Origin: an uncultured Clostridia bacterium
GTDB lineage: Bacteria; Bacillota; Clostridia; TANB77; CAG-508
Assembly (NCBI GenBank): GCA_947630185.1
Contig: CANRGT010000009.1
Span: 4,996-68,995 of the forward strand
DNA: 64,000 nucleotides
Direction of reading: 5' to 3'
The notes under the pieces were generated by a model. The model had not been told where the DNA came from. It saw only the letters and a list, made by a program, of their open reading frames with translations, and searched no databases. Made by a program: the position numbers and the translations under genes. Positions 57,734-64,000 of this stretch are shown here, one piece after another; the first letter of the stretch is position 1; every line of letters starts with the position of its first letter.

Positions 57734-58000
57734 TTAGCAACATTTATTTTTATTGCATATCATTTCTACAACTCTTATAATAATTAATATAACAAGTATA
57801 ACTGCTAAAATAATAAATGCTGGTAATGCAGCTGTAATAACGGCAGCAACTGCTGCAATAGAACCTATAATTAAACCTAATGTTATTCCTAATAATACAG
57901 ATAATATAAAGATAACAATATCTATACAGCATCTGTTTTTTCTTTCAGGCTTACATCCATTGCTATATATAGTAATACAGTTTTTATCTCCTTCGCACAT
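57734..58000 (-). CDS. small Cys-rich membrane protein, function unknown
   Basis: 88 aa. The N-terminus MCEGDKNCITIYSNGCKPERKNRCC has 5 Cys, followed by two TM helices and a C-terminal CNKNKCC. Confidence 0.5.
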   Translation of the reverse strand: MCEGDKNCITIYSNGCKPERKNRCCIDIVIFILSVLLGITLGLIIGSIAAVAAVITAALPAFIILAVILVILIIIRVVEMICNKNKCC

Positions 58001-58106
58001 GTTTCTACACCTCCTAGCAGAAGCTATGTGAAGCTTACTACTAATATATTATATGTACGAGCAATCTATTATTTTACAAATTTCGACTTTTTTCTTTCTA
58101 ATTTTT

Positions 58107-59315
58107 TTACTCTTTAAAATCCATCATTTCATCAATTTGCATTTTACCTGCTCTTGTAACTGAATTGTAGCCATACTTCTCCTTTAAGCCATCTATTGCT
58201 TTATCTAGCTTTTGCTGTTTTTCATTTTTGGGTGTATCAAATAGTGAAATTTGTTCTGTTTCTGGAGATGTTAGTTTATCAACTCTTACTCCTATTAGCC
58301 TTACAGGTTCTCCTTTATATAGCTCTTTTAATACTTCTTTTGCTGTTTCATAAATAATTTTTGTGCTATTTGTTGGTGTAGCTAAAGTTCTTTGGTGTGA
58401 GTAGTTTTTAAATTCTTTTGTTCTTATTTGTACACTTATTGTTGATGTAAGCAGATTATGCTTTCTTAAACGATAAGTAGTTTGCTCTGTGAGAGCTAGT
58501 AAAACTTCTTCTATTTTTTCTATGTTGGTTAAGTCTTCTGGTAAAGTAGCTGAGTTTCCAATACATTTTGGATCTTCTGGCTCTGAATTTACTTCTGATA
58601 AGTCAATTCCATTCGCATATTCCCATATTACTTTTCCAAATTTTCCAAATAGCTTTATCATTTCCTCTTGCTTTCTTTTTGCTAAGTCTCCTATCGTATT
58701 GATGCCTATTTTTTGTAATTTTGGCAAGCTTTTTCTTCCCACCATGAATAAGTCAGAAACTGGTAAAGTCCACATTTTAGTAGGTATTTCTTCTTTATAT
58801 AAGGTATGCACTTTATCTGGCTTTTCAAAGTCTGATGCCATTTTTGCAAGAAGTTTATTTGGTGCAACACCTACATTTACTGTAAAGCCTAATTCTTTCT
58901 TTATCCTTTTATTTATTTCATTTGCAATAATTAAATCAGTTTTTCCTGCTGGAATAAAATTGGTGATATCTAAGAAACATTCATCTATCGAAAAACGCTC
59001 TATTTTATTTGTATATTCACAAAGTATTTTATACATAGCATTTGAATAATATCTATATGCTTTAAAATTACTTTTATATATTTGCAAACTATGGCATTTT
59101 TGTTTTGCAAAGTAAATTGGCTCTCCTGTTGTTATTCCATATTTTTTGGCTGGCATACTTTTTGCAAGTACAACACCTTTTCTTTTTTCTTCGTCTCCAC
59201 CAATAATTGCAGGGATGGTTCTAATATCCACCTCTGCTCCATTTTTTAGCATTTCTATTGCTGTCCATGATAGGAATGCACTATTTACATCTACATGCAA
59301 AATTTTTCTTTCCAA
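58107..59315 (-). CDS. Y-family DNA polymerase (UmuC/PolY2-like translesion polymerase)
   Basis: 402 aa. The motif HVDVNSAFLSW is the UmuC-type DVN variant. FSIDECFLDIT carries the catalytic D-E. Confidence 0.85.
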   Translation of the reverse strand: MERKILHVDVNSAFLSWTAIEMLKNGAEVDIRTIPAIIGGDEEKRKGVVLAKSMPAKKYGITTGEPIYFAKQKCHSLQIYKSNFKAYRYYSNAMYKILCEYTNKIERFSIDECFLDITNFIPAGKTDLIIANEINKRIKKELGFTVNVGVAPNKLLAKMASDFEKPDKVHTLYKEEIPTKMWTLPVSDLFMVGRKSLPKLQKIGINTIGDLAKRKQEEMIKLFGKFGKVIWEYANGIDLSEVNSEPEDPKCIGNSATLPEDLTNIEKIEEVLLALTEQTTYRLRKHNLLTSTISVQIRTKEFKNYSHQRTLATPTNSTKIIYETAKEVLKELYKGEPVRLIGVRVDKLTSPETEQISLFDTPKNEKQQKLDKAIDGLKEKYGYNSVTRAGKMQIDEMMDFKE

Positions 59316-59383
59316 AAATAATCACCTGTCTTTATTATAAAACAGGTGTTTCTGATTTGTCAATGGAATAATTTTTTTATTTT

Positions 59384-59563
59384 TTAAATTACTGTGCCTT
59401 CTTTTCTATATTTTTTAATATCTTTTTCACATTCATTTGCTTTATTTTTTATATCTTCTAATCTTTCTTTTAGTGTTAAATTTTTTCTCTTTTCTGCGTT
59501 GTATTTTCTTATTTTGTGAATATCTTCTATTGTAAACTTATCACTTATTACGGGGTTTTCCAT
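59384..59563 (-). CDS. 59-aa basic hypothetical protein
   Basis: AAAGGAGG lies 9 nt before ATG 59563. Begins MENPVISDKFTIEDIHKIRKYNAEKRKNLTLKERLEDIKNKANECEKDIKKYRKEGTVI. Below the ORF-track cutoff. Confidence 0.45.
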   Translation of the reverse strand: MENPVISDKFTIEDIHKIRKYNAEKRKNLTLKERLEDIKNKANECEKDIKKYRKEGTVI

Positions 59564-59662
59564 AAAATCATACCTCCTTTTCTTATTCTTTTTTGGCTTA
59601 ATAATACATCTGGAGAATATATATTCATTTATTTTTGCTAATACTAAACAATTTTATTTTCT

Positions 59663-60532
59663 CTATGACACATATTTATTAACTTGCAAGCGAAGCTTTC
59701 CTTTTGATGTTTGAGACAAAACTTCGCCTATTTCAAATTTTCCTTTTCCTCTTACTGTTAAAATATCACCTTGTTTTAACATAGTTGCATTTTTAGTTTT
59801 TAGTTCATAATTTACAAATACTCTTTCTTCACTTATAATCTCATCTGCTTTACTTCTAGAAATATGAAGTATTTCTGAAATAATTACATCTAGTCTCATT
59901 TGTGGAATTAAAATAACTATTTCTTCTTTTTTTACTGGAAGAATTGTAAGCTCTGAAATTTCCTTTATTAAAATTTCTGACTTTTGAAATCTTGTTAAGT
60001 CTTGAAGGTGCAATTTTAAATAATCTGCCATTTCATCTAATACTAAAATATCTGCACCTGCTTCATTTACAATTATATCTCCTATTTTTTCTCTCTTAAT
60101 GCCAAGTTTCATAATTCCACCTAGATATTCAGAATGATGATAAGTGCCTTGTAAGTCTTGTGGTAATATAATTGAAATTACTTTAATGTTTTGATTTATT
60201 ACTGTGTTATTTTCTTTTAAATTAGAGTTTTGGTTTATATTTTCATTATATTCTTCATTTAAATCTTCACTTAAGAAAATATCTTTTAATTTATCTGGAT
60301 ACATAAATAAAACTTTTCTTTCCGCTTCATCATATCCGCCATCTAATACATACTTATTTTCTCCAATAAGACTTAACGCTTTAATAACTATACTTTGCTC
60401 ATATGTATCTAGAAAATCAGTATATTGTACTTGATTTTTATTATTTACAAACTTTAATTTATCTATTATTTTTGAGATCAAAAGCTTATCTTCTTGTTTA
60501 GGAAATTGTTTTAAAATTTCTTGTTTCTCCAT
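59663..60532 (-). CDS. ylmH: YlmH-like RNA-binding protein (S4 domain at the C-terminus)
   Basis: 289 aa. C-terminal S4 motif: MRLDVIISEILHISRSKADEIISEERVFVNYELKTKNATMLKQGDILTVRGKGKFEI. Confidence 0.75.
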   Translation of the reverse strand: MEKQEILKQFPKQEDKLLISKIIDKLKFVNNKNQVQYTDFLDTYEQSIVIKALSLIGENKYVLDGGYDEAERKVLFMYPDKLKDIFLSEDLNEEYNENINQNSNLKENNTVINQNIKVISIILPQDLQGTYHHSEYLGGIMKLGIKREKIGDIIVNEAGADILVLDEMADYLKLHLQDLTRFQKSEILIKEISELTILPVKKEEIVILIPQMRLDVIISEILHISRSKADEIISEERVFVNYELKTKNATMLKQGDILTVRGKGKFEIGEVLSQTSKGKLRLQVNKYVS

Positions 60533-60612
60533 TTTATTTTAAATCCTTTTTATTATAGTAACTTTATTCATTATATTATAAGTTTAAATTCTGATTTTCC
60601 TTAAAAACAAAG

Positions 60613-62604
60613 TTAATTCCGTTGTTTTATACTTTCTTCGTCTAATCCATATAGTTTTTCTAGTTCTTTTACTTCACCATGCTTAATAAATTCGTCTGGA
60701 TAGCCATATGATTTAATTAGCTTATCTGCTAAATTTTCTTCTGCTAATGCTTCTAATGTTACTGTGGCTAACCCACCTTCTATAATTCCGTCCTCTATTG
60801 TGATTATTTTGTTTGTTTTTAAAACTGAGTTTTTAACAGTCTCGTGGTCAAATGGTTTTAGAAATCTAGCATTTATTACTTCTGCTTGCACGCCTTCTTT
60901 TTCTAGGTCATCTGCTATTTTCTTAGCCCTTGCTACCATTTTTCCTATTGCTAAAATTGTAATGTCTTTTCCTTCTTTTACAATTTCAGCTTTTCCTTTA
61001 ATAATTTCCTCGTGTTTTTCAAAAGTTATAGTTTTTTCTTCTCCACCTCTTGGGTAACGAATTACAGTTGGTTCATTAGAGTTTACAGCATATTCTAGAA
61101 TTTTTCTTAATTCTTCAAAGTCTTTTGGTGCCATAATAGTTAAGTTTGGTACTAAATTGAAAAATGCTAAATCAAATATTCCTTGATGCGTTTCTCCGTC
61201 TTTTCCTACTATTCCTGCTCTATCTACACATAAAACTACTGGAAGTTTTTGTATTGCAATATCATGAATTACTTGGTCATACCCTCTTTGATAAAATGAT
61301 GAATATATTGATACTACTGGTTTTAGTCCTGCTCTTGCCATACCTGCTGCCATTGTTAAACTATGTTGCTCTGCAATTCCTACGTCAAAAAATCTGTCTG
61401 GAAATTCTTTTGAAAACTCTGTTAATCCTGTTCCGTCTTTCATAGCAGCTGTAATTGCTACTATCTTTTCATTTTTCTTTGCTAGTTCTACTAATTTATC
61501 TCCAAATATTTTTGAGTAGTCGTCTGCTTTTGGTTTACTACTTTCTCCTGTTACTATGTTAAAGCCTGATGTACTATGAAACTCGTCTGGATTTGTTTCT
61601 GCTGGTATATAACCTTTTCCTTTTTTGGTTATAACATGTACTAAAACTGGACCTTCCTGCCTTTTTGCTCTATCAAAAATATCTTCTAATTTTTCAATAT
61701 TATGCCCGTCTACTGGACCTAAATACTGATATCCAAGTTCTTCAAATAACATATTAGGTATTACTAATTGTTTAATTACTCTTTTAATTTTTCTTACAAA
61801 TTCAATAATATTGTCTCCCATGTTACCTGGAAGTTTTTTTACAATTTTCTTTACATATTCATTAGATTTTTTGTAAGTTTTCCTTGTTCGTAACTTTGTT
61901 AGGAACATAGAAATTCCACCTACATTTTTTGAAATACTCATTTCATTGTCATTTAATACAACAATTAAATTTGTTTTACTACAGCCTGCATCATTTAATG
62001 CTTCTAATGCCATACCACCAGTTAAGGCTCCATCTCCAATTACTGCAACTACATAATATTTTTCTTTTTTTATGTCTCTTGCTCTTGCAATTCCTAATGC
62101 TGCTGAAATTGAAGTGCTACTATGCCCTGTTTCAAAATAATCATATTCTGATTCTGCATATTTTGGAAATCCTGAAATGCCATTTAATTTTCTTAAAGTG
62201 TCCATCTTATCTCTTCTGCCAGTTAGCATTTTGTGCACATAAGTTTGATGCCCTACATCCCAAATGATTTTGTCATTTGGTGTATCAAATGAACTATGAA
62301 GCGCTATTGTAAGCTCTACTACCCCTAAGTTCGAAGCTAAATGCCCACCATTTTTCGAAACTTCTTCTATTACTTCTTGTCTTAATTCTTCTGCAAGAAG
62401 TTCTTTTTGATTTTTGTCTAATTTTCTAAGTTCTTCGGTTGTTTGCAATTTACTTAGATTTTCTTGTATTTGTAGCTTTTCTATATTGTCCACATTTTTT
62501 TTGTTATCTACTTCTTTTAACTCATTTGAATTATCTGTTGTTTGTGCTTCTTTTGTATCATTTAAGTTCATATTTTTTTCTTCTATGTTACTTGATTTTT
62601 TCAA
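60613..62604 (-). CDS. dxs: 1-deoxy-D-xylulose-5-phosphate synthase
   Basis: Contains GGHLASNLGVVELTIALH, GDGALTGGMALEALN and GIAEQHSLTMAAG. It has an unusually long polar N-terminal extension. The penultimate codon is CGG (60621-60619). Confidence 0.9.
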   Translation of the reverse strand: MKKSSNIEEKNMNLNDTKEAQTTDNSNELKEVDNKKNVDNIEKLQIQENLSKLQTTEELRKLDKNQKELLAEELRQEVIEEVSKNGGHLASNLGVVELTIALHSSFDTPNDKIIWDVGHQTYVHKMLTGRRDKMDTLRKLNGISGFPKYAESEYDYFETGHSSTSISAALGIARARDIKKEKYYVVAVIGDGALTGGMALEALNDAGCSKTNLIVVLNDNEMSISKNVGGISMFLTKLRTRKTYKKSNEYVKKIVKKLPGNMGDNIIEFVRKIKRVIKQLVIPNMLFEELGYQYLGPVDGHNIEKLEDIFDRAKRQEGPVLVHVITKKGKGYIPAETNPDEFHSTSGFNIVTGESSKPKADDYSKIFGDKLVELAKKNEKIVAITAAMKDGTGLTEFSKEFPDRFFDVGIAEQHSLTMAAGMARAGLKPVVSIYSSFYQRGYDQVIHDIAIQKLPVVLCVDRAGIVGKDGETHQGIFDLAFFNLVPNLTIMAPKDFEELRKILEYAVNSNEPTVIRYPRGGEEKTITFEKHEEIIKGKAEIVKEGKDITILAIGKMVARAKKIADDLEKEGVQAEVINARFLKPFDHETVKNSVLKTNKIITIEDGIIEGGLATVTLEALAEENLADKLIKSYGYPDEFIKHGEVKELEKLYGLDEESIKQRN

Positions 62605-62763
62605 ATTACTACTTTCCTTTGATTAGTTTTGTAATATCATATCATATTCTTTCATAAAAATATAGTGTTTTAAGCCAAAATATGTTATCTATAAAGCTTT
62701 ATAGATTTATCTAAACTAAAAAGATTTATTAAAATTATTTATTAAAAATTATTATTAAATAAA

Positions 62764-63375
62764 CTACATCTTTTTCATAACATATTGTTTTATAATATCT
62801 ATAGTATTTTCTATTCCTAATTTTGAAGTATCTATTAAAAGATCGTATCCGCTTCTTGCACCCCATTTTTCATTAGTATAATAATGATAATATGCTGCTC
62901 TTTCTTTATCTTTCTTTTGCATCAATTTAATAGCTTTATTTTCATCTAAATTTGCAAATTCTACTTTACGTTTTATTTTAAATTCTACATCTGAAGAATA
63001 AACAAATACATTTATTACGTTTGGATTATCTTTTAAAATTATATTAGAGCATCTTCCTATAATTACACAGTTATCTTCTTTAGCTATTTTTTCAATTAAT
63101 CTTGAAACTTGTATAAAATATTTATCATTCATTGGCAAATCAGTTAAAGAATTTACACTATCTGAATATGACATAGATGACATCGCTAAAGTGTACCAAA
63201 AGCTATTTTTGTTGCTTTCATCTGTGTTTTCTAATAGTTTAAGGTCAATATTTTCTTCCTTTGATAATCTTTCAAGAATCTCCTTATCATAAAATTTTAA
63301 GTTCAATTCTTTTGCTAACCTTTCTCCTATATACTTTCCTCCACTTCCATATTCTCTACCAATTGTAATTACCAT
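62764..63375 (-). CDS. cytidylate kinase-like family protein (PF13189-type)
   Basis: 203 aa beginning MVITIGREYGSGGKYIGERLAKELNLKFYDKEIL. Confidence 0.75.
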   Translation of the reverse strand: MVITIGREYGSGGKYIGERLAKELNLKFYDKEILERLSKEENIDLKLLENTDESNKNSFWYTLAMSSMSYSDSVNSLTDLPMNDKYFIQVSRLIEKIAKEDNCVIIGRCSNIILKDNPNVINVFVYSSDVEFKIKRKVEFANLDENKAIKLMQKKDKERAAYYHYYTNEKWGARSGYDLLIDTSKLGIENTIDIIKQYVMKKM

Positions 63376-63503
63376 ACCTTTTTACCTCCATTTTTTTATT
63401 ATAAGTTTGCATTTATTTTTTAATACTTTTTTCACATTTTAATATTTCATATTGTTTTATGTAACATTTATTTCGTATTCAAATTGTTCTTTTGTTTTTA
63501 CCT

Positions 63504-64000
63504 TTAAGCCTCTACTTGTTCTTCTACAACATTTTCTTTTTTCTCTAACTTTTTAATTTTTCTAATCTCTATGAACATTAAAGTTCCTGCCATTAAAAAT
63601 GCTAGAAAATCTGCTGTTGGACCTGCATATAAAATTCCTTCTATTCCATTTAGCCAGCCCCAAATTAATAATGCTGGTATTAAGAATAGAATTTGTCTTG
63701 AAAGTGAAATTAATGCTGATTTTACTGATTTTCCTATTGCTTGCATAAATATACCAGAGGTTATTTGTATACTGTTGAATACAATTAGCATTAAGAAAAT
63801 CTTAAAGCATTTTCTTGCAAATTCATTATATAAATCATTTTCTTGTCCGAATAAGTTTATAATTACTTGTGGGCATAGTTGTAAAATTACTGTTCCAATT
63901 GCAGTAATTAAAACTGCTATCATTATTGTTATTCTCAAAGTTTTAAGTACTCTATCATATTTTTTTGCTCCATAGTTAAAGCCCCAAATTGGTTGCGCTC
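63504..64000 (-). CDS. MATE family efflux transporter, C-terminal part; gene runs off the right edge
   Basis: The frame stays open upstream of the listed TTG to the window end: ...AQPIWGFNYGAKKYDRVLKTLRITIMIAV... TM-rich. Confidence 0.8.
   Translation of the reverse strand, partial: AQPIWGFNYGAKKYDRVLKTLRITIMIAVLITAIGTVILQLCPQVIINLFGQENDLYNEFARKCFKIFLMLIVFNSIQITSGIFMQAIGKSVKSALISLSRQILFLIPALLIWGWLNGIEGILYAGPTADFLAFLMAGTLMFIEIRKIKKLEKKENVVEEQVEA

Noticed and set aside
57750-58031. Overlapping ORFs 57750..57932 (-) and 57753..58031 (+) around the Cys-rich protein gene
   Set aside because: They are alternative frames or strands of the same hydrophobic-coding segment. Only the 57734..58000 frame has a start context and a downstream terminator.

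Overview
The window is very AT-rich (about 25-30% GC by eye) and looks like chromosomal DNA from a low-GC Firmicute, probably Clostridia-like. It uses the standard code, with TAA-dominated stops and AGGAGG-type ribosome binding sites. Most genes are housekeeping: typA, plsC, cmk, pnp, rpsO, ftsEX with two M23 peptidases and an S41 peptidase, split transketolase, upp, asd, sufC/sufBD, dapA, dapB, dxs, a Y-family polymerase and four tRNAs. They are interleaved with a large cell-envelope glycan region. That region holds an LCP protein, a TagF-like transferase, GT2s, PglC/E/F-like enzymes, four GT-C (ArnT/PMT-like) paralogues and a processive GT2 synthase. Five things are not explained by ordinary annotation. 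(1) The four single-nucleotide frame breaks I found each sit on a zero-frame CGG codon, and skipping the C to read GGN (Gly) restores the conserved protein. CGG is otherwise absent as a sense codon apart from one ambiguous case at the end of dxs. This suggests CGG-triggered +1 recoding, or a systematic C-insertion artefact. (2) An (AG)14 tract lies in the 5' coding region of a pilin-like, FGE-sulfatase-domain surface protein. This is a classic phase-variation switch, and it is currently out of frame. (3) A family of four long hairpin elements carries a conserved GC-rich asymmetric bulge and co-varying stems, all at terminator positions. (4) There are two candidate type I toxin-antitoxin loci, each a small hydrophobic peptide with a convergent sRNA. 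(5) A promoter-proximal RNA module (AUAGGAAAUG...) is present three times. All calls come from reading the sequence and ORF translations only. No searches were run.
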